From positions 12,465 to 76,464 of IMG/VR virus record IMGVR_UViG_3300028048_000123: a DNA stretch of 64,000 nucleotides; one strand, written 5' to 3'. Both the position numbers and the translations under genes were made by a program. Source of the stretch: a virus (lineage: Duplodnaviria; Caudoviricetes). Below, piece by piece: positions 22,511 to 32,654 of this stretch. How positions within the stretch are numbered: the first letter of the stretch is position 1; each line of letters starts with the position of its first letter. Under the pieces are notes generated by a model. It saw only the letters and a program-made list of their open reading frames with translations. It did not search any database and was not told the origin of the DNA.

Positions 22511-23629
22511 CTAATCCTCTACTGTTACCTTTTCTTTAGCTTTAGAAGGCTCAATAAGCTTTCTTACAGTTTCTATAATATCATTTAGCTCTTCATCTGA
22601 GCATTGAGATCTGCTTTTACAACTTCTTATAATTGTATTATATGCATCTCTATATTCTTTTGAGTGCTCTACTTTTGTAAGCTTAGTTTTTGGCCTGTCT
22701 GGTGCATTTCCTTGTACTGTTTTAATAACTTGCGCTGCCCAGAACTTTTCTTCTGGTGTTAATACATCAAGCTCGCCCTTAATTCCAACACTTTCAAAAG
22801 CTTTTGATTTAACTATCTTATCAAGCAAGTCTTTTAATTGTTCTGGCGAATAGTCTTTGATAGCTTCATAAGTTTGCTTTACTAAGTCTTGCCATCTTTT
22901 AGCTATACTACGAAATACTTTACTTTTAGCAATATATTCGTCAATAGGTTTCCAGATTTGAGAAGGTGTATCTTTATCTTTATAGTATTTATATGCTTTA
23001 ATACCACGATTGGTGATCATATCACCTGCTCTTGATTTTGAGCCAGTGCTTGTATATAGTAGTTCGCCACTATCTATATCAGCTGAAATCTTATCGAGCT
23101 CAGCAGATAAAGCATCATACATATCTTCTAAAGGCATCTTTTCTCAGTCGGTTCTATGGTCTTCAGTTATTAAGCCACCAATAAGCTTGCCATTTAAGTA
23201 CATATTTCTGATAATCTTTTTGTCTTCAGTTGTATACTTACGGTTTGAGATTTCAAAGTCAGCTATAACATTTAGCATATCAAAAAGAGATTGACTTGTT
23301 TTAATTCTTGAGTAAGGTTTTTCACCAATTCTCTTTGCCATACGAATTTGATGCATTAATAAAACATGGGCTAATTCGTGACGAATAATAACATTTAGCT
23401 GATAACATTTAGCATCATCAACTAAAAAGCCTTCACCAATATAGATTACCCCATGGTCAAAATCAACAGCAGCTGTAAAACTGTCATCTTCCTTAATAGG
23501 AACTATTCTTAATATAAAATCTTGGAATCTTTTAGCATATAAAGCATGTTGATAAGGACCCCATTTGCCAGATTTGTTAAGCAATATTGAAGTAATTTTA
23601 TTTTTCCAATATTGCTCTCTATCTGTCAT
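22511..23629 (-). CDS. HExxH metallopeptidase-like protein (DUF2201 N-terminal type), joined through TGA 23144
   Basis: TAAVDF...IYI...IIRHELAHVLLMH...NVIADFEISN. Confidence 0.7.
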
Positions 23630-23714
23630 GTAGGTAGAATTTGTATCATTCTCTCAGTCTGTTACAGCCTCAAAAAGTTTTATGTCTCTATATAGCTTCA
23701 TTTAAGCTTTCTCC

Positions 23715-25061
23715 TTATCTACCTACTCCGGCTAGAGAAGAAGCGAAATCTCTTAATCTAGCTTCAATAGTTGCATCTGATTCTTTAGCTTTCTTTACCT
23801 TCTCATCATCAGTAGTAGCTGCTCCACCCCAATCTGCATCATCTTCTCTACCTGTTTCAAAGTCTGCATCTGTGAAGGAATCTTCATCTTCAACCTCAAC
23901 TGGTTTTGTAGCTCCAGCTTTAACATCAGCCTTTAAGTCTAAGCCCAATTCTTTAGCTTTATTAGCGCGAAGAACATCTGGGTTTGGTAATACTAGAGAA
24001 TCAATAATCTTTAATAGCATTTTCTTAGCTGAAGCCGTTAAGTCGCCACTATTAACGTCATCCTTTAATCTTTCTAAATTACCTTTAGAGTGGTCTATTA
24101 ATTCTGTAATTAAAGATTGGCAAGTAATTTGTCCTTTTTCTGTCATTCCTTCATACTCATCAATAGTTGTATAGTGGAAATCTGGGCTAATAATAATCTT
24201 CTTTCCAATTCATTGTCTTAAACAAAAGCTATTGATACGCTTAATATCATCTTCTGTCATATCTGGGTGCTTTGCAGCCCATTCTCTAATTTTATTATCA
24301 TAATATTCTTTGAAGTATACTTCTGTTGTCTTTACTTCTGAGTTAAAAATACAGTGGAAATAGAAACGTCTCTTTTCAGCATCATTTAATTCTGAAGCAC
24401 CTCTATCACCATCTTTAGCTGGGTTAACAGCAGCAATAGAGAATAATAGATTAGGGAAGTATCTAACACCTTCTTCACCTTCACCAGCAACGCATCTGTC
24501 AGCAAGAAGTGTTAATAATGAACCTCTCATATATTCTTTTGTTTGTCTGTTTAACTCATCAAGGAATAAAATAGAGTTTGGTCTATCTAGCTTAGCCAAA
24601 GCATTTGAATAAGCTGTATTAACTTTTGGGTGCTCTGGATCTGTTCTATCAATAGCAGAAGCACCAGATGTTAATAATTGTAAGTCTGGGTTTTTAGCAT
24701 CTAAGTAGTATAAATTACAACCATGTTGTCTACACCAGTTGTTAATTGTAGCTGTCTTAGAAGAACCTGGAAGACCAACAACTAATACATTACAATTTGA
24801 GTCATAATTTTCTTCAGCTAAAGCATCTTTAGCATCAGCAAGTGCTTTATCAAGTGTATTTGTTAATGCATTAGTAATATTAAGTGCATCTTTCTTTGTA
24901 GCTGGTGTAGCAGAAGCTGGGTCTGTAGATGTCATAGCAACATCTACTTCAACAGTTTTACCACTATCACTAACTTCAACAGCTGGATCCTCGCCCTCTG
25001 CTTCAACTAATACCTTATCCAAATTTTCTGTTATTTTCTTAGTAATCTTTTTAATTTTCAT
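23715..25061 (-). CDS. MoxR-type AAA+ ATPase (joined through TGA 24210)
   Basis: Walker A GLPGSSKT, Walker B ILFLDELNR, AAVNP, AEKRRF; frame continues CLRQ-W-IGKKII. Confidence 0.8.
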
Positions 25062-25075
25062 AATCTATTTACCTC

Positions 25076-26167
25076 TTAGCAATCATATCTTTTATAGTCT
25101 TTATAAAATTCTTTTATATCAGTTATTTTGTTAGCTTCTGTAAGTTCATCCTCAGCTTCTTCTTGAAGTGGTTCTGCTTCTGTAGCTTTCATAGCCTCAA
25201 ATACTTCTTCAAATAATTTTTCATTTAATTTTGTTGGCTTAACTAAAACTTCACCAAATTCGGTATTAACTCTAAAGTATCCACCAGGATTTGGTCTATA
25301 ACCCATTATAGTAGCTGTTCCACCATACTTTTCAAAAGCGCCTGATGCTTTTAAGCTACTTTGTATACGTTCCATTTGAGATAAGTCTGTTGAATAAATC
25401 GTTAAGTCTGTATAGCCATTACCAGCACCAAATTTAACTATTGGTAATCCATCGCTATTAACCTTAGCCTTTTCACCAGCATCTGGATTATTTACTGGGT
25501 GAATAAATGCATTTGGAACAATTGTTCCAGCCTTAGGACCAATAATAGCATAAACAGTGCCACCTGCTAATGTCTTTTCACCAGGTGCTCCAATCAAACC
25601 AACAACGTTAGCTGATTGTGGGCCAGCTGATTTGTAGCCACTCTTTGGTGCACCACCTGCAGCAGCTCCACTTGTTGAAGCGGCTCTTGTTCTAGCTACT
25701 CTTGAAGGCTGTGATGCAAAGCATTCTGCTTCATAAAGCATTTGAGCAAATACGCTATCTTCTCTTATAGCTTTTCTTTCTTCCTCTGTATAAGCTGTGT
25801 CATCTCAGTATATTCCATTTATACCACAACAGAAAGCAACAAACTTTGGTAAAGTCTTTGTATTTCTTGCTTGCCAATATGGTTTGTCAGCAGTAGGCGT
25901 CTCACCAAAAACGACAGAACGGCTATAAAGTGTATCAAATGCGCCATCTATTTCTTTAAAGTTAAATGTACGTCTGCAAACTGCATTAGCTATTGTTTTA
26001 GCGGCTTCTTTGCAGTATCTTGCAGCAGTTCCATCTGGACAAGCAAGTGATCTGCCTCAGCTGCAATACTCTTCAGAACGTGAATTAGTAACTACTCCTG
26101 CACAGATTAAAATATCTAAAAAACAAGAATAGGCTTTTTGTTTTTGTTCTTCAACAAATCTAATCAT
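25076..26167 (-). CDS. Hypothetical protein, 363 aa (extended through TGA 26057 and 25805)
   Basis: Open frame from ATG 26167 (AAAGGA RBS) when TGA is read as W. Confidence 0.65.
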
Positions 26168-26207
26168 TATGTATAAAATCCTTTATATTATATTGATTTA
26201 GTAAAAT

Positions 26208-26239
26208 AAAACTGCCAAATCAATTAATTTAGCAGTTTT
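26208..26239 (-). terminator. Terminator after topA overlapping a GCTAAATTA element (26224-26234)
   Basis: AAAACTGC/GCAGTTTT stem; TGCTAAATTAA lies inside it. Confidence 0.6.
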
Positions 26240-26255
26240 TTATCTTTGAATTTTG

Positions 26256-28100
26256 TTATTTTACATTTAACAAGCCATTACATTTTGGGTAGTTAGAACA
26301 GCCATAGAAGTTCTTGCCGTATTTGCTTCTTCGCAGTACCATTTTAGCTCCACATTTTGGACAAATAGGTGCATCTTCATCACTTTGACCTATAAGCTCT
26401 TTATTGTTTTTAATAGTATTCTCTAAGTTGTTATAGAAGTTATTTAAGAAGTCAAGCTTTTTCATTTTTCCTTCAGCTATCTTATCTAAGTCAGCTTCCA
26501 TATCCTTTGTATAATTTAAGTTAATTACATTAGAGAAATTTCTATCTAAGAATTCAACAAGCTGTATTCCTCTATCTGTTGGCACAATAGCTTTATCTTT
26601 AAGCTCAGCATAACCTCTTGAAGCACTTAACACAGTTTCAACTATTGTAGCATAGGTAGATGGTCTTCCGCAGCCATTCTTTTGAAGCTCTTTAATTAGC
26701 GTTGCTTCTGAAAATCTTGGTTTTGGCTTTGTTTGTTTTTTGACGTCTTCTAAGCTTGTATCTTGAAGCTTTTCACCCTTCTTAAAGGTTTCTTTAACCG
26801 GCCCTTCTTCTTTACTGTCCTCATCTTGATATGAATATACCTTTCTATAGCCTAAGTCTTGTATTTCATTTGAGATTAAAATAAACTTTTCACCTGTATT
26901 ATCAATTAAATATTGTGTTTCAGCTATCTTGGCGTTAGGAAGAGCTGATGCTACAGTACGTTGCCAAATAAGCTTGTACACTTTTTGATTTAATTGGCTT
27001 GAGTCTTTTGCAGCAAATACTTCTGGTGTTAATTCTGGGTTTGTAATTCTTAAACATTCATGGCCTTCTTGAGCATTTTCTTGCTTTTTGCCAACACGTG
27101 GTGTGGTCCAAGAAGCTTTACCATAATTATTTTCAATATAGCTTTGTAAAGTTGGAATAAATTCTGCTGCAAATTCTGTATCATCTGTACGCATATAAGT
27201 TATCGCGCCTGCTTCAAATAACTTTTGAGCAATAGTCATAGCATCTTTAACTTTTAAGCCAAGTTTACTTGAGGCTTCTTGCTGGAATGTTGCAGTACAG
27301 AAAGGTGGCTTTGGTGACTCTTCCTTAACCCTACTTTTAATATCTTCAATTAAATAGTCTTTTTTACAATTAGCTTTTAATTGGTCTACAGCAGCTTGTG
27401 TAGTTAAGTGGTCTATATTTCCAACTGTTTCATTACCAGCATATTTAGCCTTAAATTCAGTACCATTTTTCTTAAAATGTAAATAAACATCAAAATATGT
27501 TTCGGGCTTGAAGTTTTGTATTTCTTTTTCTCTATCTACAACTAGTTTTAAGCCCACTGACTGACATCTACCAACTGATCTTGCTCCAATATATCTCTTT
27601 GCAATTGGGCTGGCAACAAATCCAAGCATTTTATCTAATGTTAATCTAGCCAAACCAGCATCAACTAAAGCATCATTAATATCAATAGGGTTTTCAATGG
27701 CTTTAACAACAGCTTTTGGTGTAATTTCGTGTGTAACAGCTCTTCTAATTTTATTTTTTGGAAGTTTTAAAAATTTAACTAAACTCCAAGATATAACTTC
27801 ACCTTCACGGTCAGGGTCTGACATTAAATAAACCAAGTCTGCTTGTTTTGCTTGTATTTTTAGCTGTTCGACAACTTTATGCTTATCTTCAGAAACCTGT
27901 AAATTTAATTCAAAATTATTGGTAGGCTCTATACCAGAATTATAATAAGTACCACCATTAGCTAATTCCATAATATGGCCAATAGATGCTACTACATTAA
28001 TATTATAGCCTGCTTTTTTAAGATATTCTTTAATATGTGCTGTCTTATTAGGGCTTTCACAAATTACAAGTATCTTCTTATCCTTTAGTGTGTCTATCAT
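26256..28100 (-). CDS. topA: DNA topoisomerase IA
   Basis: VICESPNK, SDPDREGE, SVGRCQS, ITYMRTD (catalytic Tyr), GRPSTYA, C4 Zn ribbon. Confidence 0.96.
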   Translation of the reverse strand: MIDTLKDKKILVICESPNKTAHIKEYLKKAGYNINVVASIGHIMELANGGTYYNSGIEPTNNFELNLQVSEDKHKVVEQLKIQAKQADLVYLMSDPDREGEVISWSLVKFLKLPKNKIRRAVTHEITPKAVVKAIENPIDINDALVDAGLARLTLDKMLGFVASPIAKRYIGARSVGRCQSVGLKLVVDREKEIQNFKPETYFDVYLHFKKNGTEFKAKYAGNETVGNIDHLTTQAAVDQLKANCKKDYLIEDIKSRVKEESPKPPFCTATFQQEASSKLGLKVKDAMTIAQKLFEAGAITYMRTDDTEFAAEFIPTLQSYIENNYGKASWTTPRVGKKQENAQEGHECLRITNPELTPEVFAAKDSSQLNQKVYKLIWQRTVASALPNAKIAETQYLIDNTGEKFILISNEIQDLGYRKVYSYQDEDSKEEGPVKETFKKGEKLQDTSLEDVKKQTKPKPRFSEATLIKELQKNGCGRPSTYATIVETVLSASRGYAELKDKAIVPTDRGIQLVEFLDRNFSNVINLNYTKDMEADLDKIAEGKMKKLDFLNNFYNNLENTIKNNKELIGQSDEDAPICPKCGAKMVLRRSKYGKNFYGCSNYPKCNGLLNVK

Positions 28101-28102
28101 TT

Positions 28103-28897
28103 TTAATCCTCTTTCTTATATTCCCATTTATATCCACCAGCATTTTTTCGCTGGCCTTTACATACTCTACAAATATTGCCTACCTTTATATTTAATTCAC
28201 TGGCAGCTTCAGAAAGGCTATTCCATTCTTTTATAATAGCACCAGTAGCTATGTCTATTTGATTTATATGTATATTTCCTAATGTACCATTTTTAATTTT
28301 AGTTTCTAATGCTTTTGTATAGCTTTCTGGTAGCATTTTTTGCAAAGCTCTTCTTTCTCTTATTTTTTGTCTTGTAGCTTCATCTCTATGTTTTCCTAAC
28401 CAGTAGCGTCTTGGGTTTTTTAAATTATCTTGTCTTATTTTTTCTTTTGTTTTAGCTGAATGATGTTTTCCTTTCATTGCAGATGGTTTACCATTTGGAA
28501 AAACTTCTTTAAGCCGCTGTTTAATTTTTGCTTTTGTTTCAGATGAATGCTTATAGCCAATTGATCCTTCACCACCTTTTGTTAAGTTATATCCAGCAGG
28601 TACATTATCATAAATATAAGTATGATAATAAGCTATCCAGTATTTTTCTCTTTCATTGGCTTTTTCTATTGTTTCAATATTATCTTCTAATATTTCATGA
28701 GCCCAAGCTGTATCCCAGTTCTCTAAACCATGTTTTTTAATAGCCCTTGCAAATAAAGTATCTTCAGTTAAATAGCCTTTACCATCTTTCCATCTTTTAT
28801 TTGGCTCATTAGCACAGGTTTGCCCGATATAGCTCCAGCCTTTATGGTCACAATCTATAATTAATGTATGTTTATAAATAATCCAACTCATAATCAT
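28103..28897 (-). CDS. GIY-YIG homing endonuclease with NUMOD3/NUMOD1 domains
   Basis: IIYK...SYIGQT, GYNLTKGGEG, HSSETKAKI, AGGYKWEY. Confidence 0.85.
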   Translation of the reverse strand: MIMSWIIYKHTLIIDCDHKGWSYIGQTCANEPNKRWKDGKGYLTEDTLFARAIKKHGLENWDTAWAHEILEDNIETIEKANEREKYWIAYYHTYIYDNVPAGYNLTKGGEGSIGYKHSSETKAKIKQRLKEVFPNGKPSAMKGKHHSAKTKEKIRQDNLKNPRRYWLGKHRDEATRQKIRERRALQKMLPESYTKALETKIKNGTLGNIHINQIDIATGAIIKEWNSLSEAASELNIKVGNICRVCKGQRKNAGGYKWEYKKED

Positions 28898-28907
28898 TTG
28901 CCTCTTA

Positions 28908-28918
28908 ATAATTTAGCA
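28908..28918 (-). promoter_or_regulatory. GCTAAATTA element
   Basis: TGCTAAATTAT upstream of the GIY-YIG gene. Confidence 0.55.
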
Positions 28919-28936
28919 AATATTTTTTAATAGTTT

Positions 28937-29098
28937 TTAATATTTTTTAACATTATTTAATAAAGCATAGACTGATTCAGCATTATATCGGTACTGGCCA
29001 TTGATACATGAATCAACTTTAATTAGCCCTTGCTTTACATATTTGCATAAAGTTGGTCTTGTTATTTGCAATATTTGTAATACTTCTTTTGCTTTCAT
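28937..29098 (-). CDS. 53-aa MerR-like/excisionase-type HTH resembling the IS607 TnpA N-terminus (not in track)
   Basis: MKAKEVLQILQITRPTLCKYVKQGLIK...GQYRYNAESVY. Confidence 0.65.
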   Translation of the reverse strand: MKAKEVLQILQITRPTLCKYVKQGLIKVDSCINGQYRYNAESVYALLNNVKKY

Positions 29099-29244
29099 TA
29101 TCTATCCTTAGCCTCCACATTAAGCTTTTTTTCAAGAATCTCACGTATTAAAGCTGACACAGATTTCTTTTCATTAAAGGCTGCTAAGCGAAGTGCTTCT
29201 TTAAGCTCCTCAGAGGCCTCAAAACTGATTATTATTTTATCCAT
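29098..29244 (-). CDS. 48-aa ribbon-helix-helix (CopG-like) DNA-binding protein (not in track)
   Basis: IISFEASEELKEALRLAAFNEKKSVSALIREIL; TAATG coupling to the HTH gene. Confidence 0.6.
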   Translation of the reverse strand: MDKIIISFEASEELKEALRLAAFNEKKSVSALIREILEKKLNVEAKDR

Positions 29245-29260
29245 AAGCTAAATCCTCAAA

Positions 29261-29473
29261 TTACTTTCTATTTTGCCATATAAACGAAACTACACAATCG
29301 CCAACAGCTACAACTCTACCATAGAAATCAGTAGTATGATTATATTTCTTTCTATAATAGCCTAAGATTTGCCTTGTATCTGCATCTCTAGCTATCTTAT
29401 CACCATTGGCATCAGTCTCAATGATGCCTATAACTAGTCTTGTATTTGCATCTCTAATATATTCTTCTGTCAT
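29261..29473 (-). CDS. Hypothetical protein
   Basis: 70-aa ORF with internal DANTR/DADTR repeat. Confidence 0.6.
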   Translation of the reverse strand: MTEEYIRDANTRLVIGIIETDANGDKIARDADTRQILGYYRKKYNHTTDFYGRVVAVGDCVVSFIWQNRK

Positions 29474-29475
29474 AA

Positions 29476-30321
29476 TTATCTGCCCTTCCTATTTAAGAAT
29501 TGTTTTCTATTTGCATTTAAATAAGCATTAGAAGCTGTAACTGAGCTTGCTGCTACTCTTGCTGCTGTTTGCTTTTGAACTTTAGCTCTTCTATCTAGCT
29601 CATCATTAACTATTTCAATGTCTCCATTCAAAGCTTTCTCAGTAAAGATGAATTGCTTATATCTCTTTGTTAACTCTTCATCTTGCAAGATAATGCTCTC
29701 TACATTTTCATATACTGCTTTATTATATCTGCTATATAAATCTAAAATTTCTTTTAGGTCTTCTTGATTTAAGTCAGCAAAAGAGCCATCTTTTTCAATA
29801 TCTGAAACTAAGCCATATGCTACTGGCATGTTGCCAATTTTCTTGAAATTATCTACAATAACTTCTGGAAGATTTTGCAAGTTATAAGCGCAAGCTAAAG
29901 TCCCTTGTAAGATCTGTGTTAGTTGGTCAAAGATTCTTGCGGCAGCTCCTAGTAGCTTATTATCTTCATATTTTAATTCTTCTGTGTAGTAAACAATAGT
30001 TAGGTCTTCTGGTCTTCCAATTAAGATTTCCTTTCCTGGTAAACTTAAGCATGTTTCTGGTTTTATAGCTCCACCTTGTTTTTTCTTAATAATTGGATTA
30101 ATAAATACCTTAATGCTGTCATTGAACTTAATAGCTATAATTTGCTTATTAATGCCAATTTGTGGTGCTGCTAAACCTAAAGCTTTATCATTGCCAATCA
30201 ATGCTTCTTTAACCTTTTCAACATCTGCTTTGATTGCTTCCCTTTCCTCATCTGTGCAACCTACAGCTTTAACTGTCTCAGCTACACCTTCAATCTTGTC
30301 TAATTCTAAAATATCTGTCAT
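29476..30321 (-). CDS. def: Peptide deformylase homolog, degenerate active site
   Basis: GLAAPQIG and ETCLSLPG present; the HExxH position reads ARIFDQLTQIL. Confidence 0.8.
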   Translation of the reverse strand: MTDILELDKIEGVAETVKAVGCTDEEREAIKADVEKVKEALIGNDKALGLAAPQIGINKQIIAIKFNDSIKVFINPIIKKKQGGAIKPETCLSLPGKEILIGRPEDLTIVYYTEELKYEDNKLLGAAARIFDQLTQILQGTLACAYNLQNLPEVIVDNFKKIGNMPVAYGLVSDIEKDGSFADLNQEDLKEILDLYSRYNKAVYENVESIILQDEELTKRYKQFIFTEKALNGDIEIVNDELDRRAKVQKQTAARVAASSVTASNAYLNANRKQFLNRKGR

Positions 30322-30354
30322 ATATACTCCTTTGTCTGAAATATGCTTACATTA

Positions 30355-30367
30355 TAATTATACAATA
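30355..30367 (-). promoter_or_regulatory. Sigma70-type -10 promoter
   Basis: TATTGTATAATTA upstream of def. Confidence 0.55.
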
Positions 30368-30428
30368 TATTTTTTAATATTTAATAATTTAATAATTTAA
30401 TAATTCATTAAATTTTAGCTAATAAAAA

Positions 30429-30452
30429 AGTCAATAATTTTATTTATTGACT
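30429..30452 (-). terminator. Intrinsic terminator
   Basis: AGTCAATAA/TTATTGACT stem plus T tract. Confidence 0.7.
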
Positions 30453-30461
30453 CTTAACTTA

Positions 30462-30848
30462 TTATTGCTTATCTTCTTTTAGCTTTTTGAGCTCTTGTCG
30501 TAAATGGTCTAAAACGCTCTTGTTTTCATCTACAACATCAGCCTCAAGTACACCTTTTTCCTCTAAATTTTTGAATAGCTCTTTATTAGCCTTCTTAAAG
30601 CTTGGCTCTTTCTTGTTATTGCCAGGCAACTCCCACAAGTACATAATATATTGTAATCTGCCTAAGTTTTCTTCCATCAGAGCTGTGTCATCTTTTACAG
30701 CTTCTAACTTATCTTCTGTAATGTGTCCATCTTTTAAAGCTTGTTCAAAATCGGCTAAATCTGCTTTTGCTTCCATAAATTGGTTTAGCATTGTATAGTA
30801 ATATTGTTTAACGTGTTTTAATGCCATCTTATTAATCCTTTTTTGCAA
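30462..30848 (-). CDS. Hypothetical helical protein (probable start ATG 30827)
   Basis: ORF tiling in an operon. Confidence 0.6.
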   Translation of the reverse strand: MQKRINKMALKHVKQYYYTMLNQFMEAKADLADFEQALKDGHITEDKLEAVKDDTALMEENLGRLQYIMYLWELPGNNKKEPSFKKANKELFKNLEEKGVLEADVVDENKSVLDHLRQELKKLKEDKQ

Positions 30849-31209
30849 ATATTTTAATTAGATCAGGCAAGTTCTCAATCACTTCTTCAAATTGTATTTC
30901 TTCTACATTTTCGAGTCTTGCCATTCTTCTTGTAATGTGGGTAAAATTAGTAATTTCTCTTTCAATTTTAGCTTGATTAAATTTTACTTTTTTTACCTCA
31001 AATGAAAACTCTTCTCCATCACAATTATTATCTAAACCCAAATAAAGTGGCCCAATTGTGAATAATCTTGAAAAGCCCATATCTGTAATGTTAACTAAGT
31101 AGTAAGAAGCTCCATCTGAATAATCACTTTGAATAGCAAAATTTCCCATTTGCTCAACTAAGAAAGTTTTTTCAAATGTTACTGTACCACAATATTCAAA
31201 TTCGTACAT
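30832..31209 (-). CDS. Hypothetical protein
   Basis: ORF with TAATG coupling. Confidence 0.6.
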   Translation of the reverse strand: MYEFEYCGTVTFEKTFLVEQMGNFAIQSDYSDGASYYLVNITDMGFSRLFTIGPLYLGLDNNCDGEEFSFEVKKVKFNQAKIEREITNFTHITRRMARLENVEEIQFEEVIENLPDLIKIFAKKD

Positions 31210-31532
31210 TAATTGTTAGCTCCTAAGATATTTTCACCAATTTTTAGATAATACTTATCATTATCAAAGTCAGCTATTAAAAATAAGTTATAAGTAATAT
31301 TATCGTCTTCTATCTCAAAGTAATGTGTCATTTTGACAGTATTTTTACTTGAGTTTTGACCAATATTTGGAAACTCTGTGTTAATAGCATTTTTTTCAAG
31401 CTTAGTATACATTTTAGCATATTCATCACTATTTTCTATATTAATAATATAAAAATGGTCCTTATATGTTCCTGTATCTTTAAGCTCTAACTTTTTTAAT
31501 ACATTTCTAATATCACTAGTCATCTTCTTCAT
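31209..31532 (-). CDS. Hypothetical protein
   Basis: ORF tiling. Confidence 0.6.
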   Translation of the reverse strand: MKKMTSDIRNVLKKLELKDTGTYKDHFYIINIENSDEYAKMYTKLEKNAINTEFPNIGQNSSKNTVKMTHYFEIEDDNITYNLFLIADFDNDKYYLKIGENILGANN

Positions 31533-32097
31533 CTTCCTTAGCTATAATTACATCACCATCTACTACAGTTTCTTCAGTTTGCTGTTGTGGTGTTACGCCA
31601 AATTGCTTTAGAATATCACTAACAGCATTTTGTATCTTATTTCTTGATTCTTTAGTAAAGCTCTTACCTTCTGTATTAACTGTATTAGTTTGTTGGTTAA
31701 TTTGAATAAGTGGTGCTGTATCAGTAATTCCTGCGGCTTGCTTTTGACCTTTTTCCATAAGCTCTTGTGTTATCTTCATCATATTAAATAGCTCAGTAGA
31801 AGTAATTTCATCAGGTCTATTATTAACTCTGTTCATTGCTTCACCTGTTAAGCTATCCATAAGCTCATTAAGCTTATTATTACGTGCTAATGTTTTCTTG
31901 TTTTGATTGACATTAAATAGATAAGTCAAATCTTTAACCTTATCCATATCATTCTCAGCAATAAGCTCATTGATAAGTTTTACTGATTCCTTATCAAGGG
32001 CTTTAACATTAACTGGGTCAATAGCTAAAGCAGTCTCTTTATCCTCTTGGACTGCTAAATCGGTAATTTGGTTATTTTCTTTCTTTATATCTTCCAT
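31516..32097 (-). CDS. Helical protein, possibly terminase small subunit
   Basis: Helical core with QINQQTN segment and acidic tail; the functional call is speculative. Confidence 0.35.
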   Translation of the reverse strand: MEDIKKENNQITDLAVQEDKETALAIDPVNVKALDKESVKLINELIAENDMDKVKDLTYLFNVNQNKKTLARNNKLNELMDSLTGEAMNRVNNRPDEITSTELFNMMKITQELMEKGQKQAAGITDTAPLIQINQQTNTVNTEGKSFTKESRNKIQNAVSDILKQFGVTPQQQTEETVVDGDVIIAKEDEEDD

Positions 32098-32100
32098 TTA

Positions 32101-32430
32101 TTATAGGGCCTCTTCACAAGCTGCAATTAACTTTTGTGCAACGGCTTCTTCGATAACTAATTCTAATGGATCAATTGTGCTTGTTAATGACCTCTTAATA
32201 GCTGTCTTTAGGCTCTTGCTTGGTAAAAACTTACATTGCATATCGGCTAAGTTAACACTTAAAGCTCCGATTCCAATGTTAATTACAACATTTTCTTCCT
32301 TTTGCATTTTAGCATCATAAATAATGCTACCAATACATAAATTTAGCTTATCTATTAGCTCCTCTAATGCCTTATTTGGAATTTTTAATAGTGTTCCTAC
32401 GTCATTTACTACATTTAGTTGTGCTGCCAT
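32101..32430 (-). CDS. Hypothetical protein, weakly HU/IHF-like
   Basis: NVVINIGIGALSV resembles the HU beta-arm segment. Confidence 0.35.
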   Translation of the reverse strand: MAAQLNVVNDVGTLLKIPNKALEELIDKLNLCIGSIIYDAKMQKEENVVINIGIGALSVNLADMQCKFLPSKSLKTAIKRSLTSTIDPLELVIEEAVAQKLIAACEEAL

Positions 32431-32444
32431 ACTGTTATTTCTCC

Positions 32445-32654
32445 TTATTTCATCTTCTTCATTACTGACATTAAGTTTGCATTTTCCAAAGCATTTAAAC
32501 TCTTATCCATTTCTTCAATATAATTATTTAATGAGTTTTTTAGCTTAAAATTTATACAACTTGTCATTATTGCTGTTCTTGAATACTTATTGCTAAATAT
32601 TCCATTTATAAACTTTAATCTTGTTTCAAATGTTCTTTGTTCTTTATTTTCCAT
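32445..32654 (-). CDS. Hypothetical protein
   Basis: ORF; probable start MENKEQR. Confidence 0.5.
   Translation of the reverse strand: MENKEQRTFETRLKFINGIFSNKYSRTAIMTSCINFKLKNSLNNYIEEMDKSLNALENANLMSVMKKMK

Noticed and set aside
30381-30405. (TTAATAAT)x3 tandem repeat
   Set aside because: Short AT-only repeat in an AT-rich intergenic gap; no evidence of function.
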